A stretch of 64,000 bases of DNA from Thermodesulfobacteriota bacterium (GCA_965202785.1 OZ241855.1:896001-960000); one strand, 5' to 3'. Positions 1-10,402 are shown, numbered from the stretch's first letter. Notes: generated from the sequence alone by a model not told the origin. A program made the numbers and translations.

Positions 1-1
1 G

Positions 2-937
2 TTTCGATACATCCTGGTCTTTTGTCTCGCCGGATGATTCCGCTGTTTCGCAGCGCACGTAATAACTTCCACCTTGAAGGGGATGCTTGCTGGCACACAT
101 CACGGAAGTTTGCGCGCCCGATACTGGGCTTAGCAGGACAACAGATGCGAGTGCGGAACAGGTTCGGTTTAGAAGATACCCGATTTTTCCTTTGAACTCT
201 TTAATCTGCGTAAGATTAGTCATAACAGACCCTGGGTGCACCGCTGCCGATTGGAGGTTGTATTCTTTGGCAAACCGTCTCTGGATCTCGAAAGTAAAAT
301 GAATTAGTGCTAATTTTGACAGCCCGTAAGCGTTCCAGGAGTGGTAGTCTCCGTCATCGTTAAACATGCTCTTGTTTTTCACTCTGTCGTGCAAGTGGGA
401 AGTCACGTTGACGACTCGCGCATCTCCGCTTTCCAAACCATTTTGCTTAAGAATTGGAAGCAATGAACTCGTCAGATGAAAAGTCCCAAGGAAATTGGTT
501 CGCCAATGAATTTCGAAACCGTCTTTTGTCAGGGGCGGCTTTTTTCTTGGGTTAAGAATATTCTTGTGAATCCCCGCGTTATTGACAAGTACGTGCAGTC
601 GGTCGTTGTAATTTTTTCGGTACCACGTAGTGAAATTATTAACACTGTCAACATCGCACAGGTCTAACGCATGGGCTGTAATCTTCTTCTCGGCAGCGCC
701 AATGATTCGCAGGTCTCTCCTCAAAGAGCTTTCCATCAGTTCAATATCGTCAGTACTGGTGACAACGACCGTAGCTCCCCAGCTTGCGAGGACTTTAGCC
801 GTTTCGTAACCAATTGAATTAGGAGAAGCACCTGTAACGATGACGTTCCTACTCGACATGTCAACTTCTTTCGCCATCGGCTTACTCATGAACAGCTGCA
901 GGATATGAGTTATGGATTTTGAGAACGTTTTAGGCAT
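2..937 (-). CDS. Short-chain dehydrogenase/reductase (retinol-DH-like SDR), 3' end runs off the window
   Basis: Not in the ORF track because no stop lies in the window. Manual translation from ATG at 937 gives MPKTFSKSITHILQLFMSKPMAKEVDMSSRNVIVTGASPNSIGYETAKVLASWGA (variant TGxxxxIG Rossmann motif); the last codons read GGSYYVRCETAESSGETKDQDVSK in the same frame. Confidence 0.85.
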   Translation of the reverse strand, partial: MPKTFSKSITHILQLFMSKPMAKEVDMSSRNVIVTGASPNSIGYETAKVLASWGATVVVTSTDDIELMESSLRRDLRIIGAAEKKITAHALDLCDVDSVNNFTTWYRKNYNDRLHVLVNNAGIHKNILNPRKKPPLTKDGFEIHWRTNFLGTFHLTSSLLPILKQNGLESGDARVVNVTSHLHDRVKNKSMFNDDGDYHSWNAYGLSKLALIHFTFEIQRRFAKEYNLQSAAVHPGSVMTNLTQIKEFKGKIGYLLNRTCSALASVVLLSPVSGAQTSVMCASKHPLQGGSYYVRCETAESSGETKDQDVSK

Positions 938-1042
938 TCTGGAACGACGTTATGTGTAAGGTATGGTCTTCGTACGACTCTTTATATAACACAAATGCGC
1001 ATCTGATACTTGCATGGCAGACTGCTATCCCAGTTACAGGAT

Positions 1043-2044
1043 TCACTCCTGGGAATTGGCGACTAATGGCTCACTTGCTTCCCACAGCTTGGTTCCGTTT
1101 TCCTCATCCAGTGCCGTAGGAGACACGGACTTTCGCTGCATTAAATGTAGGTAGATGCCTGTGTCGGTGCCAGCATCTTCTGCACAGCACAAGTAGATTA
1201 CCGGTCCAATAGCTTCTTCTGGAGATTGAAAAAAATGCCTCAGCAATGGGTTAACTATGGGCTTCAAAATCGACGGTGTTCCTCGTGAAAGGTTCGTAGC
1301 AACGCCTCCGGGACACATCGAGTGAACTGCAACTTCAGTTTTGCCGCCTGTGTTCAGACGGCGTGAGAGTTCAGTCGCGAACATACACAAAATAAGCTTG
1401 CTGATGCCGTAATACTTGAAGCCATCCCACAATCCATAGTCGGCAATTTCCCCGAAGTGGTCAAAATCGATAGTATGAGATGACCGATGAGCCTCAGATG
1501 AAACGAAGATAATTCGCGGTGTCTTTCCAGCTTGGCTGGATGGACAAATCACGCTGTCTTTCAGCCACCGGTCAATCATGATGCGGTTCGACAGGAAATG
1601 AACCGCGAACATTGCTTCGTATCCTTGCGGTGTTTTAGTTGCTTTTTTGGGCATCAGGCCTGCGTTGAAAACCGCAATGTCAATTTTGATGTCGCGGTTG
1701 CTCAGACTATCGCAAAGATGGTGTACCGACCGAAGATCTGATAGGTCTACTTCCATCATTTCCACACTCTCGGAACCAGACAGTGTCTTTATTTCGTCGC
1801 ATGTCTTCGTATGACCGGGTCGGCAGGCTAAGATCATGTTTGCGCCTCGCCTCGCAAGCTCAACGGCAGCGGCTTTACCCAGCCCGCTGTTCGCTCCGGT
1901 TATCAGGCAAGTTTTGCCATCTATACGTACGTGCTTTGGAACAGGATTTACTTCCGATACCTTGGGTTGCTTCAAATCTCGAATTGCGATGGTTATAGCG
2001 TCTATGAAAGAACCATCACCCATTTGGTTTGTTTTTCGCTTCAT
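1043..2044 (-). CDS. Short-chain dehydrogenase/reductase (SDR)
   Basis: TGANSGLG cofactor motif, FNAG, VSSEAH, YGISK (YxxxK), CPGGVAT, LWEAS C-terminus. Confidence 0.92.
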   Translation of the reverse strand: MKRKTNQMGDGSFIDAITIAIRDLKQPKVSEVNPVPKHVRIDGKTCLITGANSGLGKAAAVELARRGANMILACRPGHTKTCDEIKTLSGSESVEMMEVDLSDLRSVHHLCDSLSNRDIKIDIAVFNAGLMPKKATKTPQGYEAMFAVHFLSNRIMIDRWLKDSVICPSSQAGKTPRIIFVSSEAHRSSHTIDFDHFGEIADYGLWDGFKYYGISKLILCMFATELSRRLNTGGKTEVAVHSMCPGGVATNLSRGTPSILKPIVNPLLRHFFQSPEEAIGPVIYLCCAEDAGTDTGIYLHLMQRKSVSPTALDEENGTKLWEASEPLVANSQE

Positions 2045-2101
2045 GATGAGTTTCTCCGCATTGTTTTTTCAGTTCTTTGTAGTTGCCTGAATTTGCATGG
2101 A

Positions 2102-3358
2102 CTATTCGAAAGGAATTTCATGTTTCTCCCGATAAAAGGAGAAATAATCTTCAATAATTTCCTCGCTCAATCCGAAATCACTTAAATGGTAGACGTGCCT
2201 ACCAAAGCGATTCTGCGGATTTATTTTCATAAAGGTCTCGGCTTGCTGCACCGCTTCGGCATCAAAATCAATCCCCGCCTTCAGATAAATCCGGTGAAGC
2301 TCAGCAATCGGATCCTTCATCAAGTCGTAGTACGAAACGTCGACAAACCGATCGGGATCTGCTTTATCTCGAGATTGGATGGTTAACTCGACCATCCTGC
2401 GAGCCTTTCTGGACCAGTGCCTGGCGATTTCCTTTGGGTCCACATGATCGCTGAATATGCCTCGGTTGTGAGCAACCATGCTGCAGAAAGAAGGCATGGT
2501 TTTTCGAGGGTCGCGGTGGGTCTGGACGACTATCGCAGAGGGGAAAACTTTAAGAAACACGTCCAGATATTCCATGTGATGCGGTGTTTTGAGCACCCAG
2601 TTACTGCTGGGGCGTTGCCAGCACAGAATCTTCAGCACCTTATGGAAATATTCGTAGGTCTGCGTGTGGTCCTGTTTCTCGAGCCACCGGGAGTAACCCG
2701 GCACATGCATTGTGGCTTCCGGCGCCTGGCTCATAAAGTTAAGATCAAGAAGCATTACGTCTTCTTCCGGCTCATTATGGTCAATGGGGTGAACCGCCAT
2801 GAACTGCGGTGACAAATACGAAATCAGTCGTTGTGCGAGAGCTGCCTGCACATTTCGAGTGATCGTTCCTCTGGCCTTGTTGCCTGGCGGTAACGGGTTG
2901 AGTGCTTCCACACCTGACACGCCTCGAATATTCGGATGAGAATTCAGCAGCCTATGCAATATTGTAGTTCCACTTCGCTGCAATCCTGTGATCAAGACAA
3001 TCTTCCCCAAATCGATGTCATGTATTTCAGGGTGTTGTTTTAGCAGCTCCTCGATTCGCAAGCGATGAACTAATGCGCTTGCAAGTCGAAATTTTTGTAT
3101 CAACCTGCCGGTTGGGGTTAGCTCGGCTTCTTCATTAATCGAATTTACGAGAACTTTCAATGCTTCAAAATGACCGTCGTCACCGAAATCCTCAGCCCGG
3201 GTTTTTCGAATCGCGCTGGCGGTGAGCTTTTCAATATTCAAAGAACTCGACAATCCAAGGTTTTCACTTAGCTTCCCTACGGAATTGAAAATCTTAACGG
3301 GGAGAGGACGGTAGGGATTCTCATAGTCTGTAGAAGTCGCTAGATTCTTTTTAGCCAT
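2102..3358 (-). CDS. Sulfotransferase family protein (Sulfotransfer_3 type)
   Basis: 5'-PSB motif TGLQRSGTTILH, WVLKTPHH, 3'-PB motif HRDP...SFCS, VSYYDLMKDP. Confidence 0.9.
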   Translation of the reverse strand: MAKKNLATSTDYENPYRPLPVKIFNSVGKLSENLGLSSSLNIEKLTASAIRKTRAEDFGDDGHFEALKVLVNSINEEAELTPTGRLIQKFRLASALVHRLRIEELLKQHPEIHDIDLGKIVLITGLQRSGTTILHRLLNSHPNIRGVSGVEALNPLPPGNKARGTITRNVQAALAQRLISYLSPQFMAVHPIDHNEPEEDVMLLDLNFMSQAPEATMHVPGYSRWLEKQDHTQTYEYFHKVLKILCWQRPSSNWVLKTPHHMEYLDVFLKVFPSAIVVQTHRDPRKTMPSFCSMVAHNRGIFSDHVDPKEIARHWSRKARRMVELTIQSRDKADPDRFVDVSYYDLMKDPIAELHRIYLKAGIDFDAEAVQQAETFMKINPQNRFGRHVYHLSDFGLSEEIIEDYFSFYREKHEIPFE

Positions 3359-3368
3359 CGCGATTTGC

Positions 3369-4562
3369 TCAACTCAAAAACTGCTTAAGGTCAGTTAATT
3401 TGATTAATCTGGTCCGCGGTTGAGGATGTTCCTTTGCGCGCACCCATCTAAAGCACATCGTGCCGGAAGAATGGCCAGCCGTTTCAAGCCAATTGGGATG
3501 ACCGGGATTTTCGTGAGCTATTACCAGGCGCACAGAGCCGTCATTTTCATAGTGGGCAAGGTGCTTGTTAGTATGTATCGTGTGATGGCGGTAGTCCAGT
3601 GATTCCATCCAGTAGTTGTTTAACTGGAAGTTCCAATGTTCGCATTCTGGCGGCATTACTTCTATCAAAAGTGCTTCGTCCTCCGCCACTTTCCAATGAC
3701 TGTGATAGTAAACGATATTGGGGTCACCCCCGGCGGCCAGCGATACTTCCGGATCAAACATTGGCAGTTCGTTGGTGTGTTTCTGAAAATCACGGGCCCA
3801 CTTGGCAAACAGCAAGGGTGCGCCCGCTACAAGCGTTCCCGCGGTTTTCAATCCTTCGTCGAGCTGTTTCGGCGTCAATGGAGAAGGGAGGCGTTCATCT
3901 TCGGAACAATTGATCCGTTCTATTCGCAAGTCTGCTGGAGTTTCTGTTTTGCGATCAAGGAAAGTCTGACGTACCACTAATGTGCCGGTTTCCGGTGTCA
4001 TAGGAAGCCAGTTACTGCTTTGAGGTTTGCAGCTGAGTATCAGCTCAAAGTACCCATCTTCGTCGGTTTCTATTTGGTCAGATTCTATATGCCCGGTGGG
4101 AGGCAGCCCTCTTCCTTGCCCGTAATTGCCAGATTGAGTGCCGAAGCTTAAGTATGCAATATTATTGCGCCGACCTGTGATTTTGTATTCATACTCGCCG
4201 CTCAGACTTGCTGTCTGGTAGAAGTTGTCAGGGTTGTCTGCACCCAGCTTGGTTGTTTCGTTGACGACGCGATGAAGCACAGGTGCTTTCGGGTCGGCAT
4301 GCTCGACAAACGCCATCAGCCCGGCCCGGGCGATACGGCTTAAGTACCGATACCCTTCTGCCTGATTAAACGCGTCTTTGGGTGCCTTTGGAAAATTTAA
4401 AGCCGCCCCTGCAGCTTTTAAAGTGTCGCAGAACTCATCCCATGACTTTCCGCTAACTACCCGCTCGGCGGCTAAGTCATCTTCCGTTTTGCCCCGCAGC
4501 TTCCAGATGAAGAGAGATGTCTGTCGGAACAAGGAGAGAAGACGAATTGCGAATTTTCGCAT
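3369..4562 (-). CDS. DUF1214 domain-containing protein
   Basis: AEGYRYLSR, LGADNPDNFY, WNFQLNNYWMESLDYR, NWLETAGH, FRW motifs typical of DUF1214 proteins found next to sulfotransferases. Confidence 0.82.
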   Translation of the reverse strand: MRKFAIRLLSLFRQTSLFIWKLRGKTEDDLAAERVVSGKSWDEFCDTLKAAGAALNFPKAPKDAFNQAEGYRYLSRIARAGLMAFVEHADPKAPVLHRVVNETTKLGADNPDNFYQTASLSGEYEYKITGRRNNIAYLSFGTQSGNYGQGRGLPPTGHIESDQIETDEDGYFELILSCKPQSSNWLPMTPETGTLVVRQTFLDRKTETPADLRIERINCSEDERLPSPLTPKQLDEGLKTAGTLVAGAPLLFAKWARDFQKHTNELPMFDPEVSLAAGGDPNIVYYHSHWKVAEDEALLIEVMPPECEHWNFQLNNYWMESLDYRHHTIHTNKHLAHYENDGSVRLVIAHENPGHPNWLETAGHSSGTMCFRWVRAKEHPQPRTRLIKLTDLKQFLS

Positions 4563-4866
4563 GGCGTACCTCTAAGCAAAACTGACCTCATCGCTCGTAG
4601 ATGTGTTTTTTTGTATTTTCTGGCACACATTTTGTCCGAGAACAATGATTCGTTTTACCCTGTAATGACTTGATAAACATATAAGACACACAAAAAATGG
4701 CAATTGTTTTGTCATAGAGATTGCAGAATGAGAAAAAGATTTTCTCGGGATTCTTAAGAGCATGACGGAAAAGGCAGTTTAAATCAATCTCGCATCGTTG
4801 CCCAAAGATGGGATAATAGTATATAATTTCCCAAAATATCCATGTGAATCCTTGGAGGAAAAAACA

Positions 4867-5295
4867 ATGAAAATAATGTCTTGGCTCGATGCGGAAGATT
4901 ACTGGTACATGAATTCCCTAAGCGAGCAGAACAAAGAAATAAACTACTACGGCTACGTGATGGATGTCGGAGACGAGGAAGATTCGAGCAGGATAAAGAT
5001 CATGGTGGTCGAACTGCAGAGCGTGAAGATGGTGGTGGGATTCATTGTTCCTCTTGACATGGATTTGAGCGGGGAGATAGAGATGGGTTTTATCTGTCAG
5101 GAAAGACCGGATAAGGACATACCCTTTTCGTGCAAACTCTCGGGAGAGGTAAAGAACCTTAGCTACACTGGAGACGACCTCCAGAAAATAGAGTATGCTG
5201 GCCTTTCGCTTGAAAAGTTCTACCAGAACAAGGGAATAAAATTCTACCTTCTAGACCTTCGCCCGATCTCCGAGCAGAATCAGGACATGCCTTGA
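4867..5295 (+). CDS. Hypothetical protein (142 aa, acidic)
   Basis: GGAGGA SD upstream of ATG 4867, coding-like composition, co-oriented with argG; no motif recognised. Confidence 0.7.
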   Translation: MKIMSWLDAEDYWYMNSLSEQNKEINYYGYVMDVGDEEDSSRIKIMVVELQSVKMVVGFIVPLDMDLSGEIEMGFICQERPDKDIPFSCKLSGEVKNLSYTGDDLQKIEYAGLSLEKFYQNKGIKFYLLDLRPISEQNQDMP

Positions 5296-5337
5296 TTAAG
5301 CTTTTCATGCGCGAAGAAATACCGGAGTACCAGTAAC

Positions 5338-6540
5338 ATGTCTGAGAAAAAGAAGATAGTTCTCGCCTATTCGGGGGGGCTTGATACCTCCGTAATCCTT
5401 AAGTGGCTCGTGAACGAGTACGACTCCGATGTTATAGCCTATGTGGCTGACATAGGACAGAAAGAGGACTTGCAGGAGGCGGAGAAGAAAGCCTGGGATA
5501 CTGGCGCGTGCGCCGTATTCATCGAAGATCTGAGAGACGAGTTCGTTAAGGATTACGTTTTCCCTGCGATAAGCGCAAACGCCGTGTATGAAGGCAGCTA
5601 TCTCCTGGGAACTTCCATAGCGCGCCCCCTTATCGCGAAAAGACAGATTGAAATAGCCAAGCGCGAGGGAGCCTTCGCAGTTTCCCACGGAGCGACAGGC
5701 AAGGGGAATGATCAGGTCCGCTTTGAACTTACTTTCTACGCGCTCCACCCCGACATAAAGATTATAGCCCCGTGGCGCGAGTGGGATTTCAAATCGAGGA
5801 CCGACCTGATAAATTACGCCAGGGAAAACGGAATAGACGTTACGGTGACCGAGAAAAAACCCTACAGTTGTGACCGTAACCTTCTTCATGTCAGTTATGA
5901 GGGGGGTATCTTGGAGGACCCGTGGGCTGAACCTCCTGAGGATATGTTCGAGATGACGGTTTCTCCCGAGGCGGCCCCCGATCAGTCGGTTTACGTGGAA
6001 ATCGGGTTTGAAAGCGGCATTCCCGTTTCAGTTGACGGAAAAGAACTTTCTCCATCGGCGCTTCTTGGTTGCTTAAACGATGTCGCCGGAGCAAACGGCA
6101 TCGGGAGGGTAGACATTGTTGAAAACAGGTTCGTCGGTATGAAATCAAGGGGGGTGTACGAGACCCCCGGCGGCACGATTCTTCATGTGGCGCACAGGGC
6201 TCTTGAGTCGATTACCATGGACAGGGAAGTAATGCGACTCAGGGATTCCCTGATTCCGAAAATATCGGAACTTATCTACTACGGCTTCTGGTTTTCTCCC
6301 GAGATGGAAATGCTGACCGCCGCCATCCGTCAGAGTCAGAAAGACGTAAGCGGTACAGTAAGGCTTAAGCTTTACAAGGGAACCGTTACAGTCTGTGGAA
6401 GAAAGTCTCCGAATTCTCTCTACAGCGAGAACTTGGCGACCTTCGAAGAGGATTCGATTTACGATCAGTCGGACGCTACCGGGTTCATAAGGCTAAACTC
6501 ACTCCGGCTTTCCGTAAAAAAACTTCTTGAGGGGGAATAG
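5338..6540 (+). CDS. argG: Argininosuccinate synthase
   Basis: [35 protein letters not shown] signatures. Confidence 0.98.
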   Translation: MSEKKKIVLAYSGGLDTSVILKWLVNEYDSDVIAYVADIGQKEDLQEAEKKAWDTGACAVFIEDLRDEFVKDYVFPAISANAVYEGSYLLGTSIARPLIAKRQIEIAKREGAFAVSHGATGKGNDQVRFELTFYALHPDIKIIAPWREWDFKSRTDLINYARENGIDVTVTEKKPYSCDRNLLHVSYEGGILEDPWAEPPEDMFEMTVSPEAAPDQSVYVEIGFESGIPVSVDGKELSPSALLGCLNDVAGANGIGRVDIVENRFVGMKSRGVYETPGGTILHVAHRALESITMDREVMRLRDSLIPKISELIYYGFWFSPEMEMLTAAIRQSQKDVSGTVRLKLYKGTVTVCGRKSPNSLYSENLATFEEDSIYDQSDATGFIRLNSLRLSVKKLLEGE

Positions 6541-6552
6541 CCCCTTTCGCGG

Positions 6553-7563
6553 ATGAGAACGGATCAATTCGACTATGATCTTCCCCAGCGGCTGATTGCC
6601 CAGTATCCGCTTTCCAACCGCAGTTCCTCAAAGCTCCTTGTGGTTGACAGGGAAACGCAAGGTTTCTCCCACGCCAAGTTTTCTGATCTGAGGGACCTGC
6701 TCCGCCCCGGTGACCTCATGGTTCTTAACAATACCAGAGTGATTCCCGCGAGGCTTGTGGGACGCGTGGAACGAAGGGGGATCGTCGAATTTCTTCTTAC
6801 GGAGAAAAAGAGTGAAACACAGTGGAAGGTGCTTTTTAAGAATCCGGCCGAGGGTCTTAGGGTCTCCCTTGACGGAGGGGTGTCGGGCAGTCTTGAGAAG
6901 GAACCCGATAAAAGCTGGACTATAAGATTCAGCGAACCCGTCGAGCAGATTATCAGCAGCACAGGACGGATGCCGCTTCCGCCCTACATAGCAAGGGAAC
7001 CCGAACCGTCGGATAAAAAGACCTATCAGACTGTCTACGCAACCGAGGAGGGAGCGGTCGCCGCTCCGACGGCCGGGCTTCATTTCGACCCGGAACTTCT
7101 CTCGGATCTTTGCGAAAAGGGCATTCTGATGAAATATGTCACTCTGCATGTGGGGGAGGGAACCTTCAGGCCCGTAAAGGATGAGCTTATCGATAACCAT
7201 GCAATGCATTCAGAGCGCGTCTCTGTTCCACAGGAGACCGCGGAAGCGGTAAATGAAGCCAAGGCGCAGGGAAGAAGGATTATTTCCGTCGGGACCACGG
7301 TTACCAGAGCCCTTGAGTCGGCAGAGGGGAATGTAGGGGAAATGCGGCCTTTTTCCGGAAGGACGGATCTTTTCATAAGATCTCCTTACGAGTTCCGCTT
7401 TGTAGATGTTCTTATAACTAATTTCCATATGCCCCGCTCAACCCTTCTTATGCTTGTTTCCGCGTTCTGCGGCACAAGGGAGCTGGCCCTCGCCGCTTAT
7501 GAAGAGGCGAAATCGCGCGGTTACAGGTTCTTGAGTTACGGCGACTCGATGATGATAGTGTGA
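6553..7563 (+). CDS. queA: S-adenosylmethionine:tRNA ribosyltransferase-isomerase
   Basis: FDYDLP, MPLPPYI, YQTVYA..EGAVAAPTAGLHF, TLHVGEGTF, YRFLSYGDSM. Confidence 0.97.
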   Translation: MRTDQFDYDLPQRLIAQYPLSNRSSSKLLVVDRETQGFSHAKFSDLRDLLRPGDLMVLNNTRVIPARLVGRVERRGIVEFLLTEKKSETQWKVLFKNPAEGLRVSLDGGVSGSLEKEPDKSWTIRFSEPVEQIISSTGRMPLPPYIAREPEPSDKKTYQTVYATEEGAVAAPTAGLHFDPELLSDLCEKGILMKYVTLHVGEGTFRPVKDELIDNHAMHSERVSVPQETAEAVNEAKAQGRRIISVGTTVTRALESAEGNVGEMRPFSGRTDLFIRSPYEFRFVDVLITNFHMPRSTLLMLVSAFCGTRELALAAYEEAKSRGYRFLSYGDSMMIV

Positions 7564-7679
7564 GGGGGTTTTTAACCGTGCCCGTCCTCGGGTTTGTTTT
7601 TGTACATTATCAGGCGGAATTGTTATACTCTTGTGGAAAATGTTTTTCTTCAATTAATTTTCCCGGAGGAAAATAGCAG

Positions 7680-8666
7680 ATGGCGACAGTAGTTACGGGA
7701 GCGACCGGGTTTATAGGATCGCGCATAACCAGAAAACTGGTTGAGAGAGGAGACAGGGTCAAGGTTCTCGTCAGAAAGACGAGCAATACTAAAAACATAG
7801 ACTCTCTCGATGTTGAGAAGGTCTACGGGGATGTTGGAGATCCGGATTCTCTTAAGGCTGCTTTTTCCGGATGCGATACGCTTTTCCATACGGCTGGGTT
7901 CGTGTCGTTTAAGAAATCGGATCACCAGAAAATGCTGGATATAAACGTCCGCGGCGCTTCAAACGTTCTCTCCGCCGCCATGGACGTGGGCGTATCCAAG
8001 GTTGTTTTCACAAGCAGCGTAGCCGCCATTGGGGTCGAGCGGGACGGTTCCCCTGTAACCGAATCCACCCAGTACGATCTTTACTCCGAGGGAATAGGGT
8101 ACATGAACTGCAAGTATCTCGCGGAAAGGGAGGCAAAGAGCTTCAGTGAAAAGGGGCTTCCAGTGGTTATAACGAATCCTTCGGTGGTTCTCGGTGCTGG
8201 GGACATCTATCTTTCAAGCTCGGGATCGGTTCTGTGGTTCTGCAAGAAAAGATTCCCTGGTTACATGGACGGCACCTTTAACATTGTCGACGTTGAAGAC
8301 GTCGCGAACGGACACCTGCTTGCGGAGAAGAACGGAAAGCCCGGAGAGCGCTACATACTCGCAAACGAGAACGTCAATGTGCAAGGTTATTTTGCCCTTC
8401 TAGAAGAAATAACCGGCATCTCTGCTCCCAAAATCAAGATTCCCTACATATTCGCTTACACCACTGCGTTTCTCCTTGAGAGGGTCCTGGGACTCGGATT
8501 TCCGAATTATTCCACACTGGATATCGATTCCATAAAGCTTTCAAGGTTTAACTGGCACGCTGACAATTCAAAGGCCGTAAGGGAACTCGGATTCACGGTG
8601 AGTCCGATCGAACAGACTATACAGAAGACCGTGGAATGGTTCAGGGAAAACGGCTATCTGAAGTAA
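7680..8666 (+). CDS. NAD-dependent epimerase/dehydratase (HpnA/dihydroflavonol reductase-like extended SDR)
   Basis: TGATGFIG, TSSVAAIG, YMNCK (YxxxK), VDVEDVANGH, GERYIL. Confidence 0.88.
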   Translation: MATVVTGATGFIGSRITRKLVERGDRVKVLVRKTSNTKNIDSLDVEKVYGDVGDPDSLKAAFSGCDTLFHTAGFVSFKKSDHQKMLDINVRGASNVLSAAMDVGVSKVVFTSSVAAIGVERDGSPVTESTQYDLYSEGIGYMNCKYLAEREAKSFSEKGLPVVITNPSVVLGAGDIYLSSSGSVLWFCKKRFPGYMDGTFNIVDVEDVANGHLLAEKNGKPGERYILANENVNVQGYFALLEEITGISAPKIKIPYIFAYTTAFLLERVLGLGFPNYSTLDIDSIKLSRFNWHADNSKAVRELGFTVSPIEQTIQKTVEWFRENGYLK

Positions 8667-8679
8667 AAAAGAGAGAAAA

Positions 8680-9750
8680 GTGGCGGGAAACAGCTTCGGA
8701 AGATTTTTCAGAATTACCACTTGGGGGGAATCCCACGGCCCCGCTCTGGGAGTTATAGTTGATGGCTGTCCCGCGGGACTTGAGCTTTGCGTCGAGGACA
8801 TACAGTATGAACTTGACAGAAGGCGCCCGGGGCAGAGCAGGATCACGACCCAGAGAAAGGAAGCCGACGCAATCGAGATACTCTCGGGTGTTTTTGAAGG
8901 AAAAACCCTTGGAACTCCCATATCCATGATGGTTAGAAACACAGACGCCATATCGAAATCCTACGAGGACATAAAGGATGTCTACCGTCCCGGCCACGCC
9001 GATTTCACCTACGACGAGAAATACGGGCGCAGGGACCACCGTGGAGGCGGGCGCTCCTCGGCGCGGGAAACGGTCGGCAGGGTGGCTGCCGCCGCGATAG
9101 CCAAAAAAATTCTTAATTCCCACGGAGTGACTACCACAGGGTACGTAAAGCAGGTGGGAGACATAGTCGCTCAGGACATTGATTTTGACCGGATCGAGGA
9201 AAACCCCGTACGCTGTCCCGACCCGCAAGCCGCGGAGAGGATGATCGATCTTATAGAATCAGTTAGAAAGGAGGGAGATTCCGTTGGAGGAACCGTAGAG
9301 GTAGTGTCCCAAGGGCTTCCTACGGGTCTCGGCGAGCCCGTGTTTAACAAACTTGATGCGGACCTCGCGCGCTCTCTTATGAGTATAGGGGGAATAAGGG
9401 GCTTCGAAGTGGGGATGGGTTTCGGGGTCGTCGAGAGAAAAGGTTCGCAGGTAAATGATCTCATGTATAAAAAGGAAGACGGAACCCTCGGCTTCAGAAC
9501 GAACAACTCGGGCGGCCTTCTGGGAGGAATAACCAGCGGGGCGGACTTGGTCGTGAGAATAGCCATAAAACCCACTTCTTCCATATCCCAGGTTCAGGAC
9601 ACCGTGGATAAAGAGGGAGAGAAAACCCAATTGCGGGTGAAGGGGAGGCACGATCCGTGTCTTTGCCCCAGGGCGGTTCCAATAGCGGAGGCCATGGTCA
9701 ATCTTGTTCTGGTCGATCACCTGCTGATCTCAAAACTGTCGACTATCTGA
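8680..9750 (+). CDS. aroC: Chorismate synthase
   Basis: TWGESHG, RPGHAD, GGGRSSARET, GRHDPC. Confidence 0.98.
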   Translation: MAGNSFGRFFRITTWGESHGPALGVIVDGCPAGLELCVEDIQYELDRRRPGQSRITTQRKEADAIEILSGVFEGKTLGTPISMMVRNTDAISKSYEDIKDVYRPGHADFTYDEKYGRRDHRGGGRSSARETVGRVAAAAIAKKILNSHGVTTTGYVKQVGDIVAQDIDFDRIEENPVRCPDPQAAERMIDLIESVRKEGDSVGGTVEVVSQGLPTGLGEPVFNKLDADLARSLMSIGGIRGFEVGMGFGVVERKGSQVNDLMYKKEDGTLGFRTNNSGGLLGGITSGADLVVRIAIKPTSSISQVQDTVDKEGEKTQLRVKGRHDPCLCPRAVPIAEAMVNLVLVDHLLISKLSTI

Positions 9751-9761
9751 ATTTAACTGTC

Positions 9762-10106
9762 ATGTCGGAACTGTTCAGAATTTACGTAGGAGAGCAAGAG
9801 ATATACTCGGGACATCTGGCCGACGTACCTGATTACTACCGCCGCAATCTGGTCGAAGCAATTTCCGAGTGGGGGGAGTGTCTTAGCAAAAGCGGTTTCA
9901 GGGAGCTTCTTTATTCCTCTTTACATTGGTATAACCTGAAGACATATTACTGCGGGGATTGCGAAAAAGAGTCTGATGAGGGGGGTGCGTGCGGGGACTG
10001 CGACGGAGAGTTCTCGGAAACTTTCGTTCATGAAAGGGATCCGGGTATAGACAAGATAATGATGTGCATCGGTTTGATAGACCGCGTGGAGATGGAGGTT
10101 CTTTAG
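9762..10106 (+). CDS. Hypothetical protein with two CxxC motifs (possible zinc ribbon)
   Basis: ATG 9762 lies 11 nt after the aroC stop; YYCGDC...ACGDC. Confidence 0.65.
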   Translation: MSELFRIYVGEQEIYSGHLADVPDYYRRNLVEAISEWGECLSKSGFRELLYSSLHWYNLKTYYCGDCEKESDEGGACGDCDGEFSETFVHERDPGIDKIMMCIGLIDRVEMEVL

Positions 10107-10120
10107 TTTTTCAGGCTGTC

Positions 10121-10402
10121 ATGAAGTTTCTCGTTAAAGGACACATCTATCCCAAGGCCTGGGAGATCGCCAAAAGCGTTAAGAGGCTAAGGGAAGAGCG
10201 GAAAAAAGTTAACATAGGAAGCGGAACGATCGGCTATACGGTTTACGAGGTTGATCTTCCTGAGCAAACCGTAAAAACGGGAAACTACCTTACTACTCCC
10301 CAAGGAATACGACTCTACCACAACTCGGGCGACTATTACGGGATCGGTTACCTGATCTCGGAAATAGACAATGACCCGCTTGTCTCAAAACATTTTTCCT
10401 GA
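10121..10402 (+). CDS. Hypothetical protein (93 aa)
   Basis: ATG 10121 follows the previous gene by 14 nt; protein-like composition; no motif recognised. Confidence 0.55.
   Translation: MKFLVKGHIYPKAWEIAKSVKRLREERKKVNIGSGTIGYTVYEVDLPEQTVKTGNYLTTPQGIRLYHNSGDYYGIGYLISEIDNDPLVSKHFS

Noticed and set aside
938-1042. Possible integron attC site between the two SDR genes (TAAC...GTTA words)
   Set aside because: No proper RYYYAAC/GTTRRRY pair or extended hairpin, and no integrase
4621-4636. Sigma54-like TGGCAC-N5-TTGT
   Set aside because: The -12 GC is missing and it lies far from the next plus-strand start
5305-5889. 194-aa antisense ORF, and similar long shadow ORFs (e.g. 6628-7209, 8641-9228, 31294-31998, 58695-59408, 60000-60755)
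   Set aside because: They overlap well-supported genes on the opposite strand and show no motifs; expected codon-bias shadows
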